Source of the DNA: an uncultured Planctomycetaceae bacterium
GTDB lineage: Bacteria; Planctomycetota; Planctomycetia; Pirellulales; Thermoguttaceae
Reading direction: 5' to 3'
Assembly: GCA_964539525.1 (NCBI GenBank)
Contig: CAZIJJ010000017.1
Span: 8,701 to 72,700 of the forward strand
DNA length: 64,000 nucleotides
The stretch's first letter is position 1, and every line of letters starts with the position of its first letter. Below, piece after piece: positions 8,906-17,984 of the stretch. Below the pieces are notes generated by a model. The model saw only the letters and a program-made list of their open reading frames with translations. It was not told the DNA's origin and searched no databases. A program made the translations under genes and the position numbers.

Positions 8906-9400
8906 ATGGAAGCGACGAGCGGCGAACCGGAAGTCGTTTTGTACACCGACGGCGCGTGCAGCGGAAACCCCGGGCCCGGCGGATGGGCGTTCGTGTTGCG
9001 GCATTTGCCGACGGGAAAAGAGATCGAACGTTCCGGGGGCGAGCGCGAAACGACGAACAATCGGATGGAGTTGCAGGCCGTCGTCGAGGGGCTTTCGGTT
9101 TTGAAGCGTCCGACGTCGGCGTTGATCGTCAGCGACAGCGCTTACGTGTTGAACGGTTTGTCGAGTTGGCTCGCGAACTGGAAGCGGAACGGCTGGCGGC
9201 GTCGGGAGAAAAACGGCTGGGGCGAGGTGAAAAACCTGGAACTTTGGCAAAAACTCGACGAACTGATCGCGTCGCACCGCGTCAAATTCGAGAAGATCAA
9301 GGGACATTCCGGGCACCCGGAGAACGAGCGTTGCGATAAATTGGCGGTTCAGGAATGGAAAAAAATTCGCGACGAACGCCAAAATAGGGAAAATGAATAA
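8906..9400 (+). CDS. rnhA: ribonuclease HI
   Basis: VVLYTDGACSGNPGPGGWAFVL, TNNRMELQA, SDSAYV and GHSGHPENERCDKLA motifs. Start re-set to ATG 8906 (GGAGGA at 8897..8902) from the TTG at 8864. Confidence 0.9.
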   Translation: MEATSGEPEVVLYTDGACSGNPGPGGWAFVLRHLPTGKEIERSGGERETTNNRMELQAVVEGLSVLKRPTSALIVSDSAYVLNGLSSWLANWKRNGWRRREKNGWGEVKNLELWQKLDELIASHRVKFEKIKGHSGHPENERCDKLAVQEWKKIRDERQNRENE

Positions 9401-9495
9401 AACGGGCGAACGTTGAGCGGCGTTCGGCGCGTTGAAACGGGACTTGGGTTGTTGGAATTGGTGAAATAGAAAAGGCAGCGAAGAAAGGAAGGCGG

Positions 9496-10326
9496 ATGTC
9501 CGAATATTTGGAAGTCGCGATTCGAGCGGCGAGAGAAGCGGGCGCGATTTTGAAGGAAAAATTGGGGAAAGTCGGGTATCGAGAAAAAAAGCCGGGCGAT
9601 TTGGTAACCGAAGCCGACGTCGCGTCGCAGTCGAGGATCGAGGAAATCCTGTCGACGGCGTTTCCGGAACATTATTTTATCGGCGAGGAACCGCAAAGTT
9701 CGCTCGGCCCCGACGCTCCGCGCCTTAAAAACGTCTTGACCGAAGAGGAGTGCGGAAGCGGCGCCCCGGCGGATCTGCCGTTGACCTGGATCGTCGACCC
9801 GCTCGACGGAACGACGAACTTCGCGCACGGCGTTCCTTTTTTCGGAACGTCGATCGCGTTGGCGCGAGGGAACGAGATCCTTTGCGGCGTCGTTTACGAT
9901 CCGAACGCCGACGAGCTTTTTACCGCCGAACGGGGCGCCGGAGCGTTTCTCAACGGCGAACGGCTCCGAACGAGCGACTTTACGCGGCCGCCTTACGCGC
10001 TGACGGCGGTTTCTTTTCCGCCGCAAACGACGTCGATTTCGCCCGATTATCTCGCGTTCAAACGTTGCGTAACGGTCTGTCAAGCGATGCGGCGCACCGG
10101 GTCGACGGCGCTGAATCTGGCGTACGTCGCCGCGGGGCGTTTCGACGCGAAAATTTGCCAATGCGCGCATCCCTGGGACGTCGCCGCCGGCGTTTTGCTC
10201 GTTTTGGAAGCGGGGGGCGTCGCGACGAACGCCGACGGCCGTCCGTTCGATTTGGCGGTGAAGCCGCTGCTGGCGACCGCGAACGCCGAGCTGCACGGCG
10301 GGTTTTTGAGGTTGCTCAACGACTGA
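9496..10326 (+). CDS. suhB: inositol monophosphatase family protein (SuhB-like)
   Basis: 276 aa. Contains EEP, WIVDPLDGTTNFAHG and WDVAAG motifs. Confidence 0.85.
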   Translation: MSEYLEVAIRAAREAGAILKEKLGKVGYREKKPGDLVTEADVASQSRIEEILSTAFPEHYFIGEEPQSSLGPDAPRLKNVLTEEECGSGAPADLPLTWIVDPLDGTTNFAHGVPFFGTSIALARGNEILCGVVYDPNADELFTAERGAGAFLNGERLRTSDFTRPPYALTAVSFPPQTTSISPDYLAFKRCVTVCQAMRRTGSTALNLAYVAAGRFDAKICQCAHPWDVAAGVLLVLEAGGVATNADGRPFDLAVKPLLATANAELHGGFLRLLND

Positions 10327-11093
10327 ACCGGCTCGAAAACCGATTCGAAAACCGGCGTTAAAGTCGCCGTAAACGGCGCGTCTCGACGGCGCGTCGTTTT
10401 TTTACGTCGATTTTCTCTCTTGCGACGGCGGGCGTTTCTCTTTTTTCGCGTCTTTGAGCGTACTTTTAAGCGGTTCTTTTTTTCAAAAGGGGCGATTTCG
10501 GGCGGACTCGTCGTTCTTTTCGGACGCTTTTCGCGGCGAGATCGAGACCGTTTTCGCGCGTTTCGGCGTCGACGCAAACTCGAACGGCGCAAGATTTGCG
10601 TCGGACGACGCCGCTTTTTACGGTCGACGCGTTTTTGCGCTTCTCGCCGATTCCGTCGAGAAAAGCGAGTTTGGGCGGTTTGCGGAAGACGCGGCGACTC
10701 GTTTCGGTATTTATTTCCGATTTTTCGGTAACTTTTCGCGGCGTTTTTTCGCGTGTAAAATTTCTAGACGAATTTGTTTTAAAATCTTGCGATAACGACA
10801 TTTAAGCGCTGTAAGTAAATGAAGATTCGTTGTAAAATGTCGACGTCGCCGCAAAGGAGCGCGCCAAGGAGCGCCGGGCGTGAAAACGTTCGCGCCGTTC
10901 GCTCGTTCCGCGCAAGTTTTTTTTGCGGCGCCTAACGTCGAAGGTTTTCTCGAATCGCGTCGATCGCGCGCTTCGCCGGGCCGAGTTTTTCGGCGCGGGA
11001 AAATCGTTCGCCGTCGATTTCGTTTGCGTTATATATTAACGCGTCGCAAGTTTTCAGCCGCGTTAAAGTTATCAAAAAAGAAAAGGGATTCAA

Positions 11094-12623
11094 ATGAGCA
11101 GCGCGTCTTATTACTCGTTGGAACAACAAAATCAAACCGTCGATCGTTTGCCGTCTTCCGATTTCGTCCGTTCGAGCGTCGAGTCTCGAAACGACGAGGG
11201 CGCGTTTTTCGCCGCCGCGGTCGAGGAGCGGCGTTCCGGCGTCGAGCGTTCGGTCGCTTCGGTCGCGGCCGATTCGATCGTCGTTCTTTGCGGCGACGCC
11301 GGGTCGAGAGCGGCGATGCGTCGCTGTCTCGAAGTCGAAAACGTCGGCGTCGTCGAAGCGGCTTCCTCCGAGACGCTTTCCGGGCTCGCGCTCAACGACG
11401 CGGCCGGATTCCTGATCGATTCGGCGACGTTGGACGCTTCGCCGGAAACGCTTTGCCGCCAACTCGTCGACAAATACCCGGACGCTCCGATCATCTTTAT
11501 GGACGAGCCGACCGGCGACGTCGAGCGCCGCAAGCGGTTGAGCAAGTTCGTGCATTCGTACATCGTCAAGCCGTGCGAGCGGCAAGCGTTGTTGCAAGCG
11601 ACGCGCCAAGTCTTGAAATTGAACCGGATGGCGCGAGAAAATCGCTCGTTGCGCCAAACGGTCGGAAGTCCGGCGCTTCCGGCGACGATGGCGGGCGTTT
11701 CGACGCCGATTCAAACGCTCCGCAAGCAGATCGAAGCGTTCGGGCGGCTCGACGCGACGATTTTGATCTCCGGCGAACGCGGCGTCGGGAAAAGCGTCGT
11801 CGCTCAGCAGATCCATCAGGCCGGGCCGCGAGCGCGTTTTCCGTTCGTCGTCGTTTCGTGCAACGCGTTGCCGCCGGAGACGCTCGAAGCGGATCTGTTC
11901 GGCGTCGCCAAGGGCGCGATTCCCGGCGTTTCCGGCGAACGGCCCGGCCGTTTGGAGTTGGCGCGCGGCGGAACGATTTTTCTCGATCACGTCGAAGATC
12001 TGTCGCCGTCGTTGCAAAAGCGGATCTTTCAATTTATTCAGGACAAGACGACGCGCCGGGTCGGTTCGACCGAAACGCGCCGGGTCGACGCCCGCGTCGT
12101 CGCTTCGACGAGTTGCGATTTGGCGATCGCCTGCGTTCAAGGGCGGTTCCGCGACGAACTTTATTTCCGACTGAACGCGCTGACGCTCAACGTGCCGCCG
12201 CTGCGCGACCGCGTCGAGGACATTCCGGCGCTTTCCCGCGAGATTATGAGCCGCGTCGCCCGGGCGAACGACCGGAATTTATCGATTTTATCGACGGCGG
12301 CCCTGAACAAATTGCGCCAATATTCGTGGCCGTACAACGTGCGCGAACTCGAATCGGTGTTGCAAAAGGCGATGGAGACCGCGCCGGACGTCGTCGTGTC
12401 GGAAAACGATATCTCGTTCGACACGATGATCAAGGATTCCCGTTCGCCGGACGGCGCGATGGGGTTGGCCGGGCTGACGATGGCGGAAATCGAGCGCCGC
12501 GCGATCATCGAAACGATCAACGCCTGCGGCGGAAACCGGGCGCAGTCGGCGCGCAAGCTCGGCGTCAGCGAGAAAACGATCTACAACAAGATCAAGCAGT
12601 TCAAATTGCGCGGGATCGTTTGA
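11094..12623 (+). CDS. NtrC-family AAA+ transcriptional regulator (receiver-like N-terminus, AAA+ core, Fis HTH) with degenerate GAFTGA and Walker B
   Basis: 509 aa. Walker A GERGVGKS. FRDELYFRLN, PLRDRVEDI, WPYNVRELE and the C-terminal ARKLGVSEKTIYNKIKQFKL are present. The GAFTGA position reads GAIPGV (11913..11930) and Walker B reads FLDHV (DH at 11985..11990). Confidence 0.85.
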   Translation: MSSASYYSLEQQNQTVDRLPSSDFVRSSVESRNDEGAFFAAAVEERRSGVERSVASVAADSIVVLCGDAGSRAAMRRCLEVENVGVVEAASSETLSGLALNDAAGFLIDSATLDASPETLCRQLVDKYPDAPIIFMDEPTGDVERRKRLSKFVHSYIVKPCERQALLQATRQVLKLNRMARENRSLRQTVGSPALPATMAGVSTPIQTLRKQIEAFGRLDATILISGERGVGKSVVAQQIHQAGPRARFPFVVVSCNALPPETLEADLFGVAKGAIPGVSGERPGRLELARGGTIFLDHVEDLSPSLQKRIFQFIQDKTTRRVGSTETRRVDARVVASTSCDLAIACVQGRFRDELYFRLNALTLNVPPLRDRVEDIPALSREIMSRVARANDRNLSILSTAALNKLRQYSWPYNVRELESVLQKAMETAPDVVVSENDISFDTMIKDSRSPDGAMGLAGLTMAEIERRAIIETINACGGNRAQSARKLGVSEKTIYNKIKQFKLRGIV

Positions 12624-12687
12624 AAAGCGCCGAAATCGCGTCGGCGTTCGCGCAAAAACGAACGTCGACGCGGAATCCGCTCCCCGT

Positions 12688-13026
12688 CTAACCGCGGAAG
12701 ATGAAGAAGACGGCGCCCGCGATGCAAAGTCCGGCCCAAAGGTAGTTTAAGCCGACTTCCTGCTTGGCGAAAAAGACGGCGAACGGAACGAAAACCGAGA
12801 GCGAGATCGCCTCCTGCAAAATTTTCAACTGCGGAAGCGTCATCGCGGTCGAGCCGATCCGGTTGGCGGGCACTTGCAGCATGTACTCGAAAAACGCGAT
12901 TCCCCAACTGACCAACGCGGCGACGAGCCAGCATTTTCCTTTGAGCGTCGAAAGGTGCCCGTACCAGGCGAACGTCATGAAGGCGTTCGAACAGATCAAC
13001 AGGAGGACGGTAATGAAAATCGGCAT
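12688..13026 (-). CDS. DMT superfamily small membrane protein (DUF486 family)
   Basis: 112 aa with 4 TM helices. Contains FMTFAWYGHL, SWGIAFFEYMLQVPANRIG and QLKILQE. Confidence 0.8.
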   Translation of the reverse strand: MPIFITVLLLICSNAFMTFAWYGHLSTLKGKCWLVAALVSWGIAFFEYMLQVPANRIGSTAMTLPQLKILQEAISLSVFVPFAVFFAKQEVGLNYLWAGLCIAGAVFFIFRG

Positions 13027-13143
13027 GTTTTTCTAAAAATCAAAACGCGGCGTCGAACGGCTTCCCGTGAAATATCGCGGGGAAACGGGCGGACTGCGCG
13101 GAGCGGAGGGGTGAGTGAATTGGGTAAATTGGCGAAACGACGT

Positions 13144-13881
13144 TCAAGGCCGCTTCAAACAAATTTCGCCGAGCGGGCAAGCGTCGCATTGCGGACGGCG
13201 GGCGACGCAATATTCGCGTCCCAAATAAATGAGGCGGTGGCTTGCGTCGACCCAAGCGTCCGGCGGAACGAGTTCGTTGAGGTCGCGTTCGACTTTTTCC
13301 GGCGTTTGGGCGTCGGAAAGGCCGATCTTGCGACTCAGCCGCAGAACGTGCGTGTCGACGACGAAACCGGACGCGATCCCGAAAGCGTTGCCGAGAACGA
13401 CGTTCGCCGTTTTGCGTCCGACGCCGGGAAGCTCGACGAGTTCTTCGAGCGTCGCCGGGACGGAACCGCCGAACCGCTCGACGAGAACGCGGCTCGTCCG
13501 CGAAATGTTCGCCGCTTTCGACCGATAAAAACCGCAGCTTTTGATCGCTTCTTCAATCGCTTCGATCGGCGCGTCGGCGAACGCTTCCGGCGTCGGGAAC
13601 CGCTCGAAAAGGGCGGGCGTAACGGCGTTGACCCGTTTGTCCGTGCACTGCGCCGAAAGGATCGTCGCGACGAGCAGTTGAAACGGCGACATGTGGTCGA
13701 GCGCGCAACGCGGGTTCGGATAGCGTTCGGCCAACGTTGCGAAAACGCGGTCGGCGAATCGGCGGCGTTCCGTCGACGAGGCGTCGTTTTTCGGCGCGCC
13801 GACGGCGGCTTTTCCGCAAGCGCGTTTTTTAACGGGGCTCGCGGCGTCGGACGTCGCTTTTTTATCGGACGAAGCGGACAC
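13144..13881 (-). CDS. nth: endonuclease III (DNA glycosylase/AP lyase)
   Basis: Contains PFQLLVATILSAQCTDKRVN, HhH-GPD LPGVGRKTANVVL, VDTHV, and the C-terminal 4Fe-4S cluster motif C-x6-C-x2-C-x5-C (CVARRPQCDACPLGEIC). It has a GTG start and an N-terminal extension of about 38 aa. Confidence 0.93.
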   Translation of the reverse strand: MSASSDKKATSDAASPVKKRACGKAAVGAPKNDASSTERRRFADRVFATLAERYPNPRCALDHMSPFQLLVATILSAQCTDKRVNAVTPALFERFPTPEAFADAPIEAIEEAIKSCGFYRSKAANISRTSRVLVERFGGSVPATLEELVELPGVGRKTANVVLGNAFGIASGFVVDTHVLRLSRKIGLSDAQTPEKVERDLNELVPPDAWVDASHRLIYLGREYCVARRPQCDACPLGEICLKRP

Positions 13882-13920
13882 GGGCGTTCCTTTCTTTTCT
13901 CGTTTCGCGTCGACGAACGG

Positions 13921-15714
13921 TTATTTTTGCGGCGACGGGGCTCTTTCGAGGGCGGCGTCCGGCGTTTGCGCGTCGACTCCGAGTCCTTCCGGAGCGTTCG
14001 GAGCGTCGGCGTCTTGACGCGCTTTCGCGGCGGCTTCGCGAGCGGCTTTTTCGGCGGCGGCTTTTTCGGCGGCGGCTTTGGCGGCGGGGTCGACGCGCGG
14101 GACGATGCGGAACGTCTCGACGATTTCGCGTCCGGAGTCGTCGTAACGTTCGAGCATGTCGGCGCGGATTTCGAACATCAGCGTCGCCTGATTTCCGTCT
14201 TTGTCGGTAACGAGGTAGTAGACCCAACGGAACGGAACGCCTTCGTGCGCGCCGTCGGCGACGACGTAATAGATCGAGTCGCCGGACGGCCCGTCGTAAA
14301 CCGCGTCTTGAACGAACGCGCCGAAGCGGTCGCCGAGACCTTTTTTGATCTCCGCTTTGTAACCGTCGATCGACGGTTTCGATTCGAGGTCGATTTTGCC
14401 GTTCGAAACGATGTTGCACTGCGCGATCGCTTCGCCGCCGACGACGCAGCAAAGGGCCGCCGACGTTTCGCCGTCTTGCGTCATTTTCCAAGCGCGGGAG
14501 TGTTGGAAACGCCAAAAACCCTTTTGAGCGTTGTAGTAAAGGCGCAGCAATTCCGGCGCGATCGGGCCGCGCAGGTCGGCGACGACGTCGTCGGTCAGTT
14601 TTTGCGGTTCCGGGAGCGGCGCGACGTTGATTTGCAACGTCGCCGACCATTCGAGACCCGGCGCCGCGACGCTTTCCGAACGCCGTTCGTCGACGCGGAC
14701 GCCGAACCAGGTCAAACGGCGCGCTTTCAGGTCGAATTGGAATTTGCCCGAAAGCTCGATCTCGACGACGGCGCCTTCCGACGCGCAAACGAGTTCGCTC
14801 GCCGTCGGTTGACCGTCGGGCCCGGGATCGCCTTGCAGGTAAAGCTCGACTTCGGCGAAATCGTCGACGATCGACGTCAGCGTCAGGCGCAACGTGTTGC
14901 TTTCGATCGCTTCGACGCCGAGGAGCGCCGCGAGAACGTCGTTCGGAACGCGCCAATCTTCGCCGAGTTTGACTGTTTTGTTCGGCAAAAGACGGTCGAG
15001 AAGGACGGTGTTGAACGGCAGTTCGCTAAGGAGTGAATATTGTTCGCTTTTCATCGCGCCGACGGGGGAGTAAAGCGTCGTCTTTTTGCCGTCGAAATCG
15101 GCGACGATGAATTTGCGCGACGCGTCGAGGAGCGGGCGGGCGACGCTCGCGCCGAACTTGCGTTTCATTCCGGCCTGTTCGTATTGGCGGATCGAGCGAA
15201 CCGGCCCGACCGGCGCGCAACGCTCGTAACGCTCTTCGTATTTGAAGCCGGCGACGACTTCCATCGGCGCGCGTTCGATTTGACCGTCGTAAGTCGTTTG
15301 AACGACGTCGCCGGACGCTTCGAGCGAGATCTCGACGACGTCCGCCGAGCCGACCTTGCGGGACGACTGCAGAAGGCAGGATTGCGGAGCGGACGCGGCG
15401 CGTTGCGCGGGCGCCAGCGCGCCGAAACGTTGCGACGGGAGCGGACGCGGCGTCGGAACGGCTCCGGAACGGGATTGCGAACCGTTCGGGCGCGGCGCGG
15501 CGGCGGGCGTTTTCGAGCGATCGGCGCCCGGCGTTTGACCGCGGCGAGCGGCGGCTCCGACGCGGTCGGCGAACGAGCCGCGTTTCGAATCGGCGTTTTG
15601 AGCGGCGCCGTCGCGAGGCGCGCAAAGAGCGGCGACGCCGAGGATCGCCGTCGAAACGAGAACGGCGACGCGGCGGAACGAGCGGCGAGGCGAACGAAGA
15701 GCGCGATGCGTCAT
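13921..15714 (-). CDS. secreted hypothetical protein (no recognisable domain)
   Basis: 597 aa with an ATG start and signal-like RRVAVLVSTAILGVAALCAPRDGAAQ. It has real-gene composition and an AEKAAA-type C-terminal tail. It sits 40 nt upstream of nth on the same strand. Confidence 0.7.
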   Translation of the reverse strand: MTHRALRSPRRSFRRVAVLVSTAILGVAALCAPRDGAAQNADSKRGSFADRVGAAARRGQTPGADRSKTPAAAPRPNGSQSRSGAVPTPRPLPSQRFGALAPAQRAASAPQSCLLQSSRKVGSADVVEISLEASGDVVQTTYDGQIERAPMEVVAGFKYEERYERCAPVGPVRSIRQYEQAGMKRKFGASVARPLLDASRKFIVADFDGKKTTLYSPVGAMKSEQYSLLSELPFNTVLLDRLLPNKTVKLGEDWRVPNDVLAALLGVEAIESNTLRLTLTSIVDDFAEVELYLQGDPGPDGQPTASELVCASEGAVVEIELSGKFQFDLKARRLTWFGVRVDERRSESVAAPGLEWSATLQINVAPLPEPQKLTDDVVADLRGPIAPELLRLYYNAQKGFWRFQHSRAWKMTQDGETSAALCCVVGGEAIAQCNIVSNGKIDLESKPSIDGYKAEIKKGLGDRFGAFVQDAVYDGPSGDSIYYVVADGAHEGVPFRWVYYLVTDKDGNQATLMFEIRADMLERYDDSGREIVETFRIVPRVDPAAKAAAEKAAAEKAAREAAAKARQDADAPNAPEGLGVDAQTPDAALERAPSPQK

Positions 15715-15868
15715 TATTAATGTCTCCTAAACGAGCGTCGGAGCGTCCGGGCGAACCGAAGTTCGGGACGAACGCGAGAAGCAAAGGACGGCGTCGAAAC
15801 CGCGAAACGACGGACGTTGGACGGGTGTTTGAGGGATTTGGAAAAGTTGAGCGATCGGGGCGAACGGG

Positions 15869-16795
15869 TCAACGCTCCGGCGGCTCGACGGGGAGCGGCG
15901 GAAGGCGGAAAAGGCGGGCGGCGTTTTCGGTCGTTTGCCGAACGACGTCGGCGACCGGGAGTCCGCGCAATTCGGCGATTCGCCTGGCGACGAAGACGGT
16001 CGTCAAAGGTTCGTTCCGTTCGAGCTTGCCGCGCAACGGACTCGGCGTCAAAAAGGGCGCGTCCGTTTCGAGCAGGATTCGGTCGAACGGCGCGACGCGA
16101 GCGGCCTCCGCGATCGCGGCGAATTTGCGGTTCGGGTAGGTGACGAATCCGCCGAAACCGAGATAAAAACCGCGTTCCGTCCAAGCGAGCGCCTGTTCCG
16201 GCGTTCCGCTGAACGAGTGAACGACGCCGGGGGACGGCGCGTCGGGCGGCGCGACGTCGGCGTAAAAATCGCGCAAAACGGCGTCCAGATCGTCGTTGGC
16301 GTCGCGGCTGTGAACGACGACCGGGAGCCCGGTTCGCCGACCGAGTTCGAGGTGCTTAAGGAAAAGGGCGCGTTGAACGTCGAACGGCGCGTCGTCCCAA
16401 TAACGGTCGAGTCCGGTTTCGCCGAGCGCGACGAGCCGGGCGCCGTCGAGCGACGTCGAGGCGGACGCGGCGAGCGCGAGACGTTCGATCGCTTCCCAAT
16501 CGCCGGGTTTTGCGAGCGCGGCGTGATTCGGGTGGATCCCGACCGCCGCGAAAAGCGCGTCGCAACGGCGCGAAAGTTCGAGGGATCGCTCCGACGATTC
16601 GAGGTCGACCGCCGGGCAGATCGCCGCCGCGAGGAACGGGCGGAAGAGCGGGTCTTCGACTTGGCGACCGCGGATTTCCGGAAATCGGCCCGAGCGCGAA
16701 CGGGCGACGACGTCGTCGAGATCGGCGGCGAAGGCGTCCAAATTCAGGTGGGCGTGCGTGTCGACAAGGGGTAAAAAACGAACGGGCGCGGACAT
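15869..16795 (-). CDS. tatD: TatD family metal-dependent hydrolase/DNase
   Basis: 308 aa. LVDTHAHLNLDAF at the N-terminus and later HSRDA, HSF and ETDAPFL motifs. Confidence 0.88.
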   Translation of the reverse strand: MSAPVRFLPLVDTHAHLNLDAFAADLDDVVARSRSGRFPEIRGRQVEDPLFRPFLAAAICPAVDLESSERSLELSRRCDALFAAVGIHPNHAALAKPGDWEAIERLALAASASTSLDGARLVALGETGLDRYWDDAPFDVQRALFLKHLELGRRTGLPVVVHSRDANDDLDAVLRDFYADVAPPDAPSPGVVHSFSGTPEQALAWTERGFYLGFGGFVTYPNRKFAAIAEAARVAPFDRILLETDAPFLTPSPLRGKLERNEPLTTVFVARRIAELRGLPVADVVRQTTENAARLFRLPPLPVEPPER

Positions 16796-17275
16796 AAGCG
16801 GCGAAAAAAAAGGGGCGAAGCGGGACGAAAACGGGGAAAAACGACCGGCGACGGCGCGAAAAATCGCGCGGCGTCCGAACGGGAGGACGCGTCGCGAACG
16901 TTCCGGCGTTGGTATTAATCGACGCGACGCGGGCCGTTGTTGCGTTAAAATCGGAGCGACCGTTAAAAATGTTTAAAAAATAGGGCTTTTTTCATTTTTT
17001 TCGCCTTTTTACCCTTATCTTCGCGGGGTCGACGTTCGACAAAACGATGAAATTATATAAGCGCCGGAACAAGCGCGGAAGGCGGAGCGCGATTTTTCAA
17101 AATTTTTCGCGTTTTTGAAAAAGAACGAGCGTCGGCGGCGTTTCGCTTGCGACGTAAAAGGGCCGAGAACGACGCGTCGAGCGAACGACGCGACGAAATC
17201 GATTCGACGGACGACCGACCGGCGTTCGCGGTCGAACGGGAGCCGTGCGGAACGATTTCGAGGAAGGAATTTCAT

Positions 17276-17650
17276 ATGTTGGTGCTTTCGAGGAAAAAGG
17301 GCGAGAGCGTCGTCGTCGGCGGGAATATAACGATCGTCGTCGTCGACGTTCGCGGGGACAAAGCGCGCTTAGGGATCGAGGCGCCCGCCGACGTCGCCGT
17401 TTATCGAAGCGAAGTGTTGGAGAAAAACGCGGCGTCCGACGGTTCCTCGCGGTCGAAACGCGCCGTCGAGCCGAAGCGGCCGAAGTCGAAAGCGCAAAGC
17501 GCGAAGGCGGACGCGTCGGTCGAAACGCTTTGTCTTTCGAACGCGTCCGAGGCGTATCGGAGCGGCGATTCTTCGGAACGGAGCGCCGACGACTTGGCGA
17601 ACGGGGCGAACGCGACGGACGAAGTGAAATCGGCGGAAAACGCGGAATAA
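17276..17650 (+). CDS. csrA: carbon storage regulator CsrA with a ~73-aa C-terminal extension
   Basis: MLVLSRKKGESVVVGGNITIVVVDVRGDKARLGIEAPADVAVYRSEVLEKN is a full CsrA domain. Start re-set to ATG 17276 (AGGAAGGA upstream). The track start 17147 adds Arg-rich junk. Confidence 0.85.
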   Translation: MLVLSRKKGESVVVGGNITIVVVDVRGDKARLGIEAPADVAVYRSEVLEKNAASDGSSRSKRAVEPKRPKSKAQSAKADASVETLCLSNASEAYRSGDSSERSADDLANGANATDEVKSAENAE

Positions 17651-17984
17651 ACGGGTCGGGCGAAACGGATAAACGGCGGCGACTTGGCGAACGGGGCGGA
17701 TCGGGGGACTGAAAACGACGAAAATCGGCGCTCGAACGGCGTTGCGCGGCGTCGCGAAAAACGTTAAAATCAAGAAAGTTTGAGCGAAACGGATTCGAGC
17801 GCGGCGGCTTGCGGAAAAAGCGGGTTGGTCGCCGCTCGAAACGGGCGGGGTCGGTTTCGACGGCGCTCGTTTTTAAGCGAACGAAAATTATCGGCGTAAG
17901 AAACGCTCGTTCGAACGGACGGCGTTTCTTATTTTTTTGGTCGAAACGAAAAACGACGGCGGCCCGACCGCGTCGGAGGGGAAA

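Noticed and set aside
10454-10795. 113-aa ORF in the long spacer before the NtrC-like gene, as a possible small protein
   Set aside because: It has a TTG start without an SD and only intermediate third-position GC (about 60 percent by hand count, against about 80 percent in real genes here). It contains 17 Phe and many Arg, and has no motif. It is kept only as a note in the spacer finding.
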